Source of the DNA: Octopus vulgaris | Lineage: Eukaryota | DNA length: 64,000 bases | Reading direction: 5' to 3' | NCBI GenBank assembly: GCA_951406725.2 | Contig: OX597814.1 | Span: 151,900,001-151,964,000, forward strand | Shown here: in pieces, positions 12,549 to 27,522 of the stretch | How positions within the stretch are numbered: the stretch's first letter is position 1 | How the letters are laid out: the number at the start of each line of letters is the position of its first letter | Program-made: the position numbers and the translations under genes | Notes under the pieces: generated by a model | The model's input: only the letters and a program-made list of their open reading frames with translations | Told to the model about the DNA's origin: nothing | Databases searched by the model: none

Positions 12549-12710
12549 CTTTGTTTGTCAGCTGTAACTTGGTAGTGGTTCAGCAAAAGAAACAGAAAGA
12601 AGTACCAGATTTAAAGATATAAGAACTGGGATGATTTGTTTACCTTAACCCTTCAAGTTGGTGCCCCAGCATGGCCACAGTCCAATGACTGAAATAAAAG
12701 ACAAAAAAGA
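12360..12710 (+). mobile_element. Decayed SINE family A
   Basis: Head, internal (TA)(TG) tract and ccagcatggccacagtccaatgactgaaa tail. Confidence 0.7.
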
Positions 12711-12994
12711 ATCAACACAATTATTTCTGTAACAACACATGTTGGGTCTCACACAGGCACATATATGCATACATATATATACCTAACATCCATGTGTGCA
12801 TATATATATATGTATGTATACTCGCACACACACACATACACAAACAGATGTTTGAATATGTCTTTTTCTGTACAGTTACTGAGGTTACTCATTAGTTTGA
12901 AAACAGTCGACTTGTTTTAAATGTAATTCTGGCCAACAAATGTGATTACTATATAGTGCAGAACTTGGCCTAACATATAAGTTGATTTTTAAAA

Positions 12995-13214
12995 CCCTTT
13001 AGCATATTTGAATGATTACTCTTTCAAATGTATTTTTTTTTATTCACATTGCTTTGAATTAATCATGCATTATATTATAATTTTAAGAGTTCAATGATAT
13101 GATTATTTTTAGAATGGTATTATAGATTAGGTGTGAGAGGTCAAATTTGTCTGGTCTGAACATAAAATACACAGAATATTTAAGACTGATATGGCCAGCT
13201 TCAATGCTAAAGGG
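12995..13214. mobile_element. piggyBac-like MITE
   Basis: TIRs CCCTTTAGCAT / ATGCTAAAGGG with degenerate TTAA flanks. Confidence 0.65.
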
Positions 13215-16200
13215 TTCATTGTAATATAATCATTAGTAACTTGTTACTATCACTATTTCGATCTAAGTTTGAATTAAAATTAAATTAAAAAAAAAAATAA
13301 TATATGTTGCTATTAAAACTGCTTATGTTGCTATTCAGAAATAGGCAATAAACATATTTCAACTAGAGAAAGATTATTGCAGAAGTGGGAGTTAATTGTG
13401 ATTGGAAAATATAATTAGAATGAGATTTAAATGATAAAATAATGAATAAATTGTTTACAAATAAGATGAAATGATATTTATAAAATACAATTAGAAATCT
13501 CAGATTCTAATTATATTTGAATATAATTTTGAAAATATAATTAGAATCAAAGATTCAAATGGAAGGTAAATAAAATAATGAATAAATTATTTGCAAATAA
13601 AAATGAAATAACTAATGAGCATATAATAATTTATCTTGGAAGTAAATACTACACAAAGCCACACACATACATAAACATACACATAAACACATGGTTATTG
13701 TGTGAGCATATATGCATTCTGTTATATTTGTGTTTGCTCATTTTAGAAAACAAACATTCCAGGACTGGCTTCCAAACAATTTAACAAGAGTGTTTTTATA
13801 GCATTTAGTGAAAATTTTGTTCTGATTTCTATTAAAAAAACAGAAAATAGGAAAAAATATCCTTTCAAAAAAAAAAAGAAAAAGAATGTAATAAAATTAA
13901 TTTCTCATTCGGTGACTTTATTCTTCCCTCCTTTTAATTAAAGCCAAATAATAACAATAATAATAATAACACTATTGTTTGTGATATGTATTATTATTTA
14001 TAAACTAATTATTCAATGCAGATATACAACTGATAATGTTAAGTTGTGGCATGGCTCACTATAGATCTATATGTTCTGACTGACTTCCTCATTTGTTGCC
14101 AAAATATATTTGTGGCATGAATTATGCGGTGCAATTTCAGCCTTATTATGTTCATTTTGTGCCTATATTTCTTTACTGAGTGTTCTCTCTCTCTCTCTCT
14201 CTGCTTATTTTCCTTGTCGAAAGCCACAATGTTTGACAGGGGAAAAGGTTAAGTCTACTGCTTTCATTGAATGAAAAACCAAAAAAATGGATCACAGTAT
14301 ATTTATTACAAATATTTAAATCCTGCAAGCACAAAAAAGTAAAAATAAATAATAATGATAGTAATAAATAAAAATAAAATGTAATTTTATTTGTTGTTTT
14401 GATATTATTTTTAGAGCAGTGAAGGTGTCTAACAAAATGGAATGTATTTAGTTTGTGCCTCGTTGTTCTGAATTCAAATCTGGCTGGGGTGGGGGGTAAT
14501 TTTACTTGTCATTCTTCCAGTTACTGATAAACTAAGTACCAGTAATATACTGTGTACTTTTAACTGACTATAGCTGTCTCCTACTAAAACACTAATTTTA
14601 TGCCTTGATGCACAAAAAAATGTCTGTTTTCTAACATTGGCACATGGCTTCTGATTTTTGGCCCAAGTATTTGACTTTATTTGAAATACAGGGTTAAATT
14701 TAAATGAAAGAAGAATTTTAATAATGTTACTAATATTAAAACCAGATTATTCTTAATAACTGTCAAAGTTATCTTTTCTTATTGTATACATTCTGTAAAA
14801 AATATATTCTGAGGTGAATTTCTCAGGTAAATAGCCACTGGTTTTGAGGATGAGAAGTTTTTGTTATTATTTTGTCCTTTACTATTATTTTGATTTTTCT
14901 AACACAACACTCTATTCTTTAAAAATAAAAATAAAACTAAGTAATTATATTTGAGAAAACTAACAAATTTTCAAAGTAAAAAAATATATATATAAATATA
15001 AAATGCTCAGCATTTTAATAATGTCTTTGAAAGAAAATATGCTGTTCTGCTTTGAAAAGGAAGGGAATCATTATTTTGTTGTTTTAATTCTTAATTTTTA
15101 AGAGTATTTTTTTCTTTCTTGAATGTTCATACTAATTATGTAATATATACAATATTTTGTTACCATTACTGGCTTGCTCTCCAAAGAAGTAATGTATATA
15201 TTGTCTTTTTTATTTATTATTATTATTATTTTTTTTTTGGTCAGAAGTTCACTGACAGACCAATTGATTAAATAAAACAGTTTTATTAAAATTTTTTTTT
15301 CCATTTTTCTGTTTAATTTTCCTATTTTTCAGTTTTACGTTTCACAGAAAAATACATTTTGTTTATTAGCTTCTTTTGATTTCAAACCTTTCGAATTTGT
15401 AAGACACAATATTGACTGGTATATTGACTTTAATTCTAACATATATATAGTATTAATCTAATTTTGATTATCAGGGAAGTCAATCCCTTCACCTTACATC
15501 ATTGATAACTTTCACTAAAGAATGAACATGACTGTCTTCTCTACTCCTAAAAGAATTTTGTTGTCCACTGACTAGGAGTAATCAGAGGCAAAAATTCATT
15601 CATATATTTCAGAGTTACAGCAACCTACAAACAGAAGTTCACATGTTTGTATATACTTTTACAAATATCATACCTTGGTTCTCTGAGGACTAGGTTCCCT
15701 GTTGACAAGCCTCTGATATTAAATAAAATGTTGAACACTTATAGCATGCTAATTAGTAGCTCCACTTCTCTGAAGCTACTGAATTAGATGTGTTTATAAT
15801 TGGATTGGCTGCTTGTTTCTCTAGGAATATTTGAGTGACACACACACCTCTGATGTGACTTCTGTATGGGTTGAAAATTGATTAAGGCCGTTCATTTTTC
15901 CAATTTGTGAAGATATAGGTAAATTTGACATGTTTGCATGTCTACTACATAGGCTTATATATAAATGTTTGAAAAAAATACCTTTAAGTGATGCAAATGA
16001 ACAGTTAGGCAAAGGTGTTATGTAATCATCTTTTCATATTTCAGGAAAATTCCCTTTTTCATATAGAATGTTTTCCTGAAATATGATAGGATCATTAAAT
16101 AACTTATGTAAGGTGATAATATGTTTTCTCTTTGTTTTTGTAAATTAACATCACTTTAGATATTTAGCCCAACTCTTTATCTACATTGCTCAAAGGGTTT

Positions 16201-18602
16201 TTTTTCCAAACATACAATTTGGCCACATTGCAATGCTTCAAATAAATTACAATACTCTTTGGCACACACACACACACACACACACTTGGATGTACAACTA
16301 AGAGAAAGAGTATTCAACAGATACATTAGAATTCATTTGAAATTTATCAGTCACTCCATTGCTATTCAGATAATTTATTTCTTGCTTGAAGGATTTACAC
16401 TTGCATGCACATGCATACACATAAAGGAGAGATGACGGTCTTTATTTTTTTAAAGTTTTGGGGTTATTGCAATAAGTAATTACTTGTCATGAAATCACAT
16501 TTGCTAATGCATAGTTAAAATGTTTGGTGATGATAAAGCCATGTTGGTAATTTAATCTGAAGTATTATTTGTTGAAGATATATCATGTTTTTTTTTTTGA
16601 AGAAGAAATAAAAAAAAATATTTTGAAATATTTTTTGACACAGCATAAAGACAATTATTTGAGATTAATGATGTTAAGTGAATGAACAATTAATTACTGG
16701 TTCTAATTTATTTTCATTGAACTCCTCCAGTGAAGTTTTGAATGCTGGACATTGGGGTTTCAAACTAAGTATAGTAAAACCTCCAGTTGAATATTCTACC
16801 ATCGCAATAAATCTTTTTTTTTTTTGTTTTCATAGTTAACGAATAATGTTAAGTAATTTTCTTATATTAGAAAGAGCTGTCCATGTTAGGCCAGCAAATT
16901 TAGTTTTTTTCTAATCAGATTTATCTGTTGGGAAAGCTGCTAAGTTTCTTTTTCACTAATTATCTATTTTGTGGTGTGTGTTTTTATCTTTTAGTCGGCT
17001 GGGAAGGCAGTGCCTGTAACCCTTTACATAGTCTCCAAGACTGGTGGAAGAAGGGGAGGAAAGTATTCTCATAGGGATACTGGCCCAAATGCTTGCAACA
17101 GAGTGGACTCTGTTAAAAATATCCCAAAGTATCACATGGTGGTGTTAATCCAGGTAACAGATTAAGTCTGTTACTCAGATAGGCCATGGCAGGATTTGAA
17201 CTCAATGTAATGAGCTGGAAGAAATATTGCAAGGTATCCAGTCTGACTTTCTTACAGTTCTCCCTACTCACCTCCTTGGATTTGTACTTGTTTTTCCATT
17301 GATTCAGAAAGGAATGAAAGGCTAATTTAAACTCAGTGTGAAGAGAGTTGGAACAAATACCACTAGGTATTTTATTTGATTCTCCAACTACTCTGCCAGT
17401 TTGCTTCTATTTATTCATGTTATTTTTTTTGCTAACGATATAAGTTAGATAGTTTTGTAAAAACCTGTTTGTCAGTATGGAATCATGAAGCTGACAATTT
17501 AGTTCACTGGATGAGGAAAGTTGAATAATTGGATTTGCAGGTGTTGATTTGATTTTTTTGATTCTCAAGTCCATCATTAAAAAAAGTTTTAAAAAAACAA
17601 CAAAAAAAATTGTCATTCACTACACACTAAGTTCCACTAAAAACTGAACTGGTATCTTATCTCTTCAGACACTTTTAATCATGCCTTTGTGAAATCAAAA
17701 ATTTCTAAATTTCTTCCTACGCATTTGAAAAGTAAGAAATGAGAAATTTTATCAAGAATTATATAATCACGTTAACTGCAAATTTCTATGAACCAAAAAG
17801 CATGGCAAACGCATCATGGAAACATATTCATAATATAAATTCACAAACTACAACACTGTCATTTCTTACATAACTTTAATTAGATAATTTATTTTATATT
17901 ACATTGTCTCATTCACTAAATTGATAGATTGCTTTTTTTTAACAAACTATAAAACAAACATTTTGTCTTTTCCTGAAAGCAAAAATTTTTATGATCTCAT
18001 AAAAAAGATTGATTTAAATTTGATAAAGGAAAATTGGAATGAATTCTTTTTGTTTTTTCTTCGTCTATGCTGCCAAAAGAGGAGGAAGAAGATCCAAGAA
18101 TGAAGCATTAGATGTAAAATAATTGTTCATTTTTGCTTCTCATTAAGATTTGGAGACCATTGATATGTTCCATGTATCCTAAGTTTTAAACTGGTTGTGG
18201 TGGAAGGATCTAACAGAATGGCAACACTTATTAACTTCGTTGCTTTACTTTTGAGCTTCATTTTTGCATAATAATTATTTTCAATCATTTGTTTCATCCT
18301 CACTGGGTTTATTTAAATGACAAAAGAAAAGAAAGAAAAAGGAAAAAGAAAGTAAATTATTGGTAAGTGAAAAAAGAAAAAAATAATGGTTAAGTTTTGG
18401 TTGGATTTGTGTTTTACTTCTTTGCTGAAATGTAAAAATTGTTACATTATTGGATGTCATGAGAAGTAGAAGAGAGGAGATAAAAAAAAATGGGGGATGC
18501 TTCTTTCTGTGAAAGATTCTACACTTAATTTTTTTTCATTGCATTTTGTGATCAGAAAACCTTTCATATGTCCTTCCTCTTATTAGTGATAATGATTAGA
18601 TA

Positions 18603-18608
18603 AATAAA
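18603..18608 (+). promoter_or_regulatory. Candidate distal VMP1 polyA signal
   Basis: AATAAA followed by U/GU-rich sequence at the end of the TE-poor block; inference only. Confidence 0.3.
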
Positions 18609-18832
18609 ACTGTCATCTGTCATAATGTTGGCTTGTGTTATCAATAGACATTTCCACTTTACAAATGGTGGAAGAAGAAAAAAATTACTTCAACATTAAA
18701 AGAAAATGATAATAATTATTGGTTTAGCATTTTCAGTGTTTGGTCTCCTTAATTGGTATGATTGGAAACAACAGAACATCTCATAACATCCCAGAATCTG
18801 CATTACCCTTATATTATCTATATTTCCTGTGA

Positions 18833-19166
18833 AGGCACATAGCTCAGTGGTTAGAGCGTGGAGCTTACGATTGTGAGGTTGTGAGCTCGAATCCCCGGAC
18901 TTGGCTGCGTGTTGTGTTCTTGAGCAAGACACTTTATTTCACGTTGCTCCAGTTCACTCAGTTGTAGAAATGAGTTGCAATGTCACAGGTGCCGAGCTGT
19001 ATCGGCCCTTGCTTTTCCCTTGGATTACACTCGTGGCGTGGAGAGGGGAGGCCAGTATGCATGGGCGACTGCGGGTCTTCCATAAAAAACTTGCCCGGAC
19101 TTGTACCTTGAAGAGTAACTTTCTAGGTGCAGTCCCATTGTCAGTGTCATGACTGAAGGGGGTCTC
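18833..19166 (+). mobile_element. SINE family B (tRNA head, CORE-like domain)
   Basis: A/B-box-like head, ends ctttctaggtgca..cccat..catgactgaagggggtc; homologous to 36689 and 60081. Confidence 0.88.
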
Positions 19167-19849
19167 AGAATTTCCTGTATGGTAAAGAAGCATTGACAAT
19201 ATGCCAGAACGATTGAATATATTAAAAGTCTTTCAAGTGATATCATCATAGTTTTAACATCCACTTTTTCTTGCTTCCATTGGTCAAACAGAATTCACTG
19301 TGGCTAATTTTCTGCTGTAGGATGTCCTTGTTTTTTAAGCAAAATCATATTTCCTCATAATTGAGCATGCCTTTATGGAAGATTAGAAATACCACTTGCA
19401 TAACGAAACAAGGATGTCCACATACACAACAAGCTTCTTTCAATTTTCATTTATCAAATCACTTCACCAAGCTTCAGTCAGGTCAGCTTTATGGTAGAAA
19501 ACACCCAATGGGTCATGCAGTGGGAATGAATCTGAAACTATATAGTTCTAAAGCATTTTTTAAGCACACAAACATGCTTGTGCCTCATCAAATCTGCAGT
19601 ATTTTGCAGATTAAGAATATGTTGAATGCCCACTAACAATGATCAGAGGTTGTAATCATTTCTGAGTTAATTCAGAAACGATTTTTCTGGTGAGACCATC
19701 TGAATCAAGTGGATAATTTAGAACAACCTTTTAAACTACTTACATCGCTGGTCACAAAATTGGAAAATGCAGACAAGAACACTGAAAACGATCCAAAAAA
19801 GATCTGGAGAAACAAAAGTTAGCCATTAAGAGTGATTTTTAAAAATTTG

Positions 19850-20205
19850 TTTCAGTCAATTGACTGCAGCCATGCTGGAGCACCACCTTTTAGTCGAGCA
19901 AATCGACCATGAGACTTTTTCTTTGTAAGCCCAGTACTTATTCTATCGGTTTCTTTTGCTGAACCGCTAATTTATGGGGATGTAAGTAAACACACCAGCA
20001 TCAGTTGTCAAGCGATGTTGGGGGGATAAACATATACACATTCATATATATACATATATGTGACGGGTTTCTTTCAGTTTCCATCTACCAAAATCCACTC
20101 ACAAGGCTATAGCAGAAGACACTTGCCCAAGGTGCCAGGCAATGGGACTGAACCTGGAACCATGTGGTTGGTAAAGCAAGCTACTTACCCCACAACTACT
20201 CTTAT
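19850..20205 (-). mobile_element. SINE family A
   Basis: Collinear with 61277-61701; many CpG>TpG changes. Confidence 0.85.
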
Positions 20206-20574
20206 GCATTAGTGATGTACAACTAACAAGAAAAAAATGTTGAAGAAAATTGTGTGAGTGACAGATAAAGATAGAGGAAAGATGAATCAGAGGGAACATT
20301 CTGAGGTCCCTCTCTGACTAAAGATTCATAATGAATCAGAGCATACGAAGCAAAAGTAATCTCTACTTATTTACTTATGCCATACCAATGATACTGTACA
20401 CATGTGAAGAACAAAATACTGCCAGACCAGAGGAACAGTGAATGTAAGCTAATAAAACAAATTTTACAGTGCTGTTGCTGCTTAATATGTATTTTCAACT
20501 ATTATCTAGGTTATAGTTTATAATGTAACAAGATACAAAGTGCTAACTAACTTCATAGCAGACTAATCTCTTGG

Positions 20575-20780
20575 ACTGGCAGAATTGTTAGTACGCCGGG
20601 TGAAATGCTTAGAGGTATTTCGTCTGCCGTTATGTTCTGAGTTCAAATTCTGCCAAGGTCGACTTTGCCTTTCATCCTTTCGGGGTTGATTAAATAAGAA
20701 CCAGTTACTCACTGGGGTCGATGTAATCGACTTAATCCCTTTGTTTTTCCTTGTTTGTCCCCTCTATGGGTAGTGAAGAA
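20575..20780 (+). mobile_element. SINE family C (Meta-domain-like)
   Basis: ctggcagaa..gttag.acgccggg...gaggtcgactttgcctttcatcctttcgggg; further copies at 21835, 22640(-), 31330-31710(-), 40568, 46100 and 49697. Confidence 0.85.
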
Positions 20781-22639
20781 AAAAAATCTCAACTCAAAAC
20801 CCTTTGTTTGGAAAGCAACTTCAACATTTTAATGCCAGAAGCTTTCTGTCAAATTGGATTTTCCCTCTTCTGCAACTTATTCAATATTTTCTGCATCCCT
20901 GAACTACTTGTTAATTGTATATAGACCACATAAAAACGTATTTGACGTCACTTTCTCAAATTTTCATATGCACCTGAGCACTGTATACAATAATTTCATT
21001 ATATTATATATCATAACTATTAACCAATAGCAATTCAAAGTGTCAGTTAACTGCATTAAACAATTTTATTTATTCTTATCCTTCTGTTTAGAAAAAAACT
21101 ATGGGTAGATATTTTTTCACTTCCACAGACTAACTAAAAGAATATGAATTAATGTGAGATTCACAACATAGTCATTTCATGTTCTATGAAAAACAGCAAA
21201 ATCTCAATCAAACCACATCCTGTCTTATAAAAAGGATATATTAAATATCCCCTAAAACGATGGAACAGCTATGGTGGGAATGTTGATGAACTTAAGATCA
21301 GAAATGATCTTGGGCTCAACAATACAATAATTTCATTATATTATAAAAATATAAAGGATGAGAAAATTAGGTTTTAGAAAATTTTCTTGAGAATTAAATG
21401 GAGTTGTAAAAATTATACTTGTTGCATGAATTATAGTTGGCAATCTACAGTTGTATTCTACTAACAAAAAAAAAAAAATGAAAAAATGAAGAAATTTTAG
21501 TTTAGGGAAAAGCAGTAGAGATTCAAAATCAACCTAGCAGCGCGTTAGTCGAACTAATATTGAATTACTAACAAAATTCAAGAACATTAAATGTCACAGG
21601 TGACTACTAAGGAAAATAATAGTCTTAGGAGTTATGTCCCTTACATAATAAATTTTGTTTATCAAAGTATATTCCTTTATATATATTTATATTCCGTTAA
21701 TAGTCACCTAATGTTTGCCTTACTGCATATTTATTTCTAGATTGTTCCAGCACCGAAAATACAATAAATAAATAAATAAAATAAAATAAACATGGAATAA
21801 AACAAAAAGTCTAACTTTTCTATATATGAATAGTATCTTTCAGTTGTCCGTCTTTACGTTCTGAATTCAAATGCCACCGAGGTCGACTTTGCTTTCATCA
21901 TTTCGGGGTCGATAAAATAAATATCAGTTGAGTACTGAGGTCAATGTAATCGGCTTACACTTTCCCCACGAAATTGCTGGCCTTGTGCCAAAACCTGAAA
22001 CGAATACTTTAAGGAATTCTATCAATGTTTTATAGTAATTCTTACATCACTATTGAGGCTTACACATTGAAATTTACGCTTCGCCAAAATTGGGCTGTTG
22101 CACGTCCAAATTTATGTTCTGCATTTATCAGAGAAATGATTTAAAAGGAATATTAACTAGTGACTAATGTTGTTTTTTTACTAACCTCATCGTTATTTTT
22201 ACTTTACTTTTTAAAGCTCAATGATTAAATATATTAACTCTATCTTTTTTCTAGATTTTTAATATAGTTTTACTCGACGACCTCTTAATTATTATTCAGC
22301 ACACACATGACGTATTATGATATTCACTTTCTAGAAATTATACTTTTAAACTAAAGCAAATACATTATTTCTGTATATTTTCTTACGTTTTATTCATTTC
22401 ATCCAACTAAGTTACAAGGTTACGACGTTACAAGAGAGGTAACTCATAAAACTACATTTTACTTGAGTTGTTACCCTTGAAATTTATTTTTATTGTTTTA
22501 TTTTATATGTTGTTACCAATACTATTGAAGAAATTTTAAAACTGGTTCTACATAAGCACCGCTGGAAAAATTCCAAACCTCTGTTTGTCTTCTTACATCT
22601 AACATTTCTTTGTTTCTTTAATTTAAAGAACAACTTTCA

Positions 22640-22842
22640 ACTATAGGCCATGTCCTGGATGTTTGTAAGGAGGAGGAAAATCGATTACATCAACCTCAGT
22701 ACTTGACTGGTACTTAAATTATCGACTCCGAAAAGATAAAAGTAAAAGTCGACCTCGGTGGAATTTGAACTCAGAACGTAGCGACAGACGAAATATCAAT
22801 AAGCATTTCGTCCGACAAATGATTCTGCCAACTCGCTGCCTC
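22640..22842 (-). mobile_element. SINE family C
   Basis: Reverse complement of the family C consensus seen at 40568. Confidence 0.75.
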
Positions 22843-22850
22843 GACGACGA

Positions 22851-25800
22851 GCCTAGAACAAAACCGGCAGAGAACGTTTTCGTAGGGTTAAATCTACCAT
22901 AGAGAGAAGAGGGTCTCTTTAGTCTTGGCATGACACCTCATTTACACTGTCCTCTTTGTGCGTGTAATGCCAAATAGAAATAATCACAACTGGGTTCATG
23001 AAACCCGAACCCCGACTGAAGGTTTCTTACTCGGCAAATGTTCTACTGCGCAGCAAGGTGGGACCGGTCGTTGTCCAAATACTGCCACAAATATTAAGAG
23101 AAAATGGACTCAAAATGACAATAGAACTGTAATGGAATGCTATTACAGAAGCGAGCCTACCTAAATAGGATACCGGAAACGAATGCATAAAACAAAGAGT
23201 TTCAAGCCCAAAGAATTTAATCGTGAAAAGGTAGTGGATATCTTAGCTGAAACTGGAGATCTCCACAATAGTGTAAAGATGTGGACGTAACTACGCTGAA
23301 AACGAAGAACAAAAGGTGGAGCAAGAACAGAGATTAGAAGAGGGACAAATGAATCTCCACAAAAGAAATAGCTGCCTGATTGAATGTAAATTCTATTTTG
23401 TGGAGGGAAAGACTATTACAGAAAAAGAAAGAAACTGAATACTACAGCTCAATGAGGCACAAAATAGCGAAAGAGGGGAGCTACCAGCCCTGAGAGGAAT
23501 CGAAAAAGGAAACCTATATAAGGTAGTGAAAAAGATGGACGTACTGTTAACAAAAACCTACATCGAAAACAAAACAGATCTAATGGCCTGTGCAGCATTT
23601 TTTACTGTGCAACCCTTGGAGTTAAAAGTAAAAAAAAAAAACAAAGAACAAAGCTCCATGGTGGGAACGAAGGTTTGAGGACCAAACTGGACAGCACAGT
23701 AGAGATCTTAGATGGATAAATGTAATCATAGTAAAGAGGTGGGGTGAAGAAAAGACACAGGAACCAACTGCAAAGGAGACACAACATAAAACAGAAAGGG
23801 TTGCAAGCAGTTACAAAAATTTATAAAAAATCAACGCAGTGTCAGGTGATAAAAACAGATACTAACAGAGAACACATCAGTATCAGCAGAATAGACTCTT
23901 CAAGAACAACGAATTCTGGGCAAAAATTTGGAGCAAAGCAGTTCAGCATCATATAAAAGAAGACTGGTTACTGGAATTTGAAAGAGAAATAGCAGAGGAA
24001 ATGACGCAAGAAAATATAGCAATCAGAGATGAGAAAGTAAAAGAGGTAATAAAAAAAACTAAAATGGAAAGCCCTCGGATCAGATGGTGTCCAGGGTTTC
24101 TGGTTAAAAAACCTCCCAAATATACAAATACATAAATGGAACACCAACATGGATGATAAAAGAAAGGACAGAACTGATACAGAAAGACAAAGGAATATAT
24201 GGTAAATCAGCAATTATAGGTTCACGGCCTGCTGACCATTACTCTGGATACTATTAATCGACCTCACAGTCGATGGAGTATATGATTTTCTGGAAAAGGA
24301 AAACCTGCAGACAGAGGAGCAAAAAGGATGTAGGAAGAAATCAAGAGGAACTGCTTATCTGCTATGGATAGGAGAATATTAAATGAAGTATGAGTAAGGA
24401 GGAAGAATTTAGCTGTTGGATGGATAGGTTACAGCATCACACACAACTGGCTTTTGGAATGTCCGAGGACGCTCTGAGTCAATGAGAAGATAACTTTTTG
24501 GATAAAGCAATGAGTGTTGGAAGTAGAACTGACATGTGCAAATGAATCGCAAAGCAACAAGAAAATGCAGAGAGGCATTTTCCAAGGAGACTCACTCTCT
24601 TTGTTACTCTTCGTCATTGTACTAATCCCTCTGACAAGTATACTGAGAAAATCCAGGCCTGCCTATGAGCTTACCAAAACCAAGATATAAATCATAGATT
24701 TTTCAATTCGTTATGATAGCAGAGTCGTTATCAAAGAAATTTTTAAAAATGAGAAATGCCAGGATCAGCTGAGGAAACTGGAAGACCAAGACAAGTTATT
24801 CCTGTAGTAATGGGTGACCTCGAGGTATATACAAAAAATGAACTAGACTTGGATTCTATGAACCAAACAGTGAGAGTATTCGGTAAAGACAATGGAATAC
24901 TGTTTGGGAAGTGCGCAATACTAATTAAAAGAGGCCAGAAGACAAAATCTGATGACATAAAATTAACCATAAAACAACACTATTAGATCGCTGCGGAATA
25001 ATGAGAGACAGAAATATCTAGGAGTGCTGCAAGACGCAAAGATAATGGAAAGAGAAATGAGAGAGAAAGTCACTAAAGAGTACAAAAGGAGAATTAGGAA
25101 TTAAATGGAAGAAACATCGTTAAAACCATAAATACTTGAACTATATCGATATTGAGATGTCCTGCTCCTTTTCTGAAATGAACAGTTGTTGAGCTGTGGA
25201 ACTTGGATAGAAGAACCAGAAAGTTCTTACAATACACAACGCACTCCATCCTAAAAGTGATACCGACCGATTCTAATTGTCGAGAAGAGAATGTGATAGA
25301 GGATTACTAAACACGAAAGGAACTGTTGGTATTGTGATACTGCGACTGGAAAATTATGTTGTACAATCTAAAAGAAAGAATACTTTCAACAGCCGGAGTA
25401 ACTCCCAAAGGAAGAACAACAGAATAAGAAAATGGAAAGAAATGGAACTGCATGGCCAATTCATGCAACAAACCGAAAATGTTGGAAATGAAGATCACTA
25501 GTTTTGGTTGACGGACGAGAACGTGAAACGAGAAACATATACGCTAATTTTAGCCGTTCAGGAACAAGCCCTTAGAACAAATTTGATAAAGTCAGCAATC
25601 GATAAAACTTGGTCAGACAGTAAATGTAGAAACTGTAGGAAAGGAAGGAGAATATCAGTCATATTTTGAGTGAGTGCAGTATATTATCGCAAAAGGAGTA
25701 TAAACGCAGACGTGACTGTGAAGGCAAAAGAGTGCTTTGGGATATTAGCAAAGTTTGTAGCTTCAAAACAACAGTAAAAGTGGTATGAACACGAACCAGT

Positions 25801-26235
25801 GGCTGTGATAGAAAATGAGAAGATTTTCTGAGACTTCGCCATAGAAACCGACCATACTATTGAGGCAAGAATACCAGACATGATTAAAGAGAACAAAATA
25901 AACAAATATTATAAAATCATAGATTTTGCAATTTGTTATGATGGCAGAGTCGATACCAAAGAAATTGAATAAATTGAGAAATACCAGGATCAGCTGAGGA
26001 AACTGGAAGACCAAGATAAGTTATTCTTGTAGTAATTGGTGCACTTGGCACAACACTCAAAACGTTGCCTAAAAAACTGAAAGAAATTGGAATTGAAACT
26101 TACATTGTCGACCTGCAGAAAATTACCATCATATATTCTGCAAGAATCCTAGGAATGGTTGTTGAGATTTGAAGAGACTTGTTGCTAAACCTCAAGATAA
26201 AATACCTGCTAACTAAATTAGTATGCACAAGCGAA
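22851..26235 (+). mobile_element. R4/Dong-like RLE non-LTR retrotransposon copy 1 (near full length, decayed)
   Basis: N-terminal KRKWTQNDNRTVMECYYRSEP..GYRKRM; RT motifs WKALGSDGVQGFWLK, EEQKGCRKKSRGT, RGIFQGDSLS; CCHC remnant near 25625-25678; RIPD..IIDFA..KY endonuclease; ends ARILGMVVEI*, then (GAT)n. Confidence 0.9.
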
Positions 26236-27298
<1,063 letters not shown>

Positions 27299-27319
27299 TA
27301 TAATAATAATAATAATATT

Positions 27320-27359
<40 letters not shown>

Positions 27360-27401
27360 TTAATAATAATAATAATAATAATAATTATAATAATAATGAT
27401 A

Positions 27402-27454
<53 letters not shown>

Positions 27455-27522
27455 GAAGAAGAAGAAGAAGAAGAAGAAGAAGAAGAAGAAGAAGAAGAAG
27501 AAGAAGAAGAAGAAGAAGAAAA
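27299..27522. repeat. Compound microsatellite (AAT)n(GAT)n(GAA)n
   Basis: Directly visible. Confidence 0.98.

Noticed and set aside
13400-13615. Degenerate ~125-bp AT-rich tandem duplication
   Set aside because: Ordinary low-complexity duplication with no further structure
8637-21500. miR-21 homolog downstream of VMP1
   Set aside because: No match to the miR-21 mature sequence seen by eye; miR-21 is vertebrate-restricted as far as I know
22851-23060. HDV-like ribozyme at the 5' end of Dong-like copy 1
   Set aside because: Could not assemble the nested double pseudoknot by eye; needs a descriptor search on the family consensus
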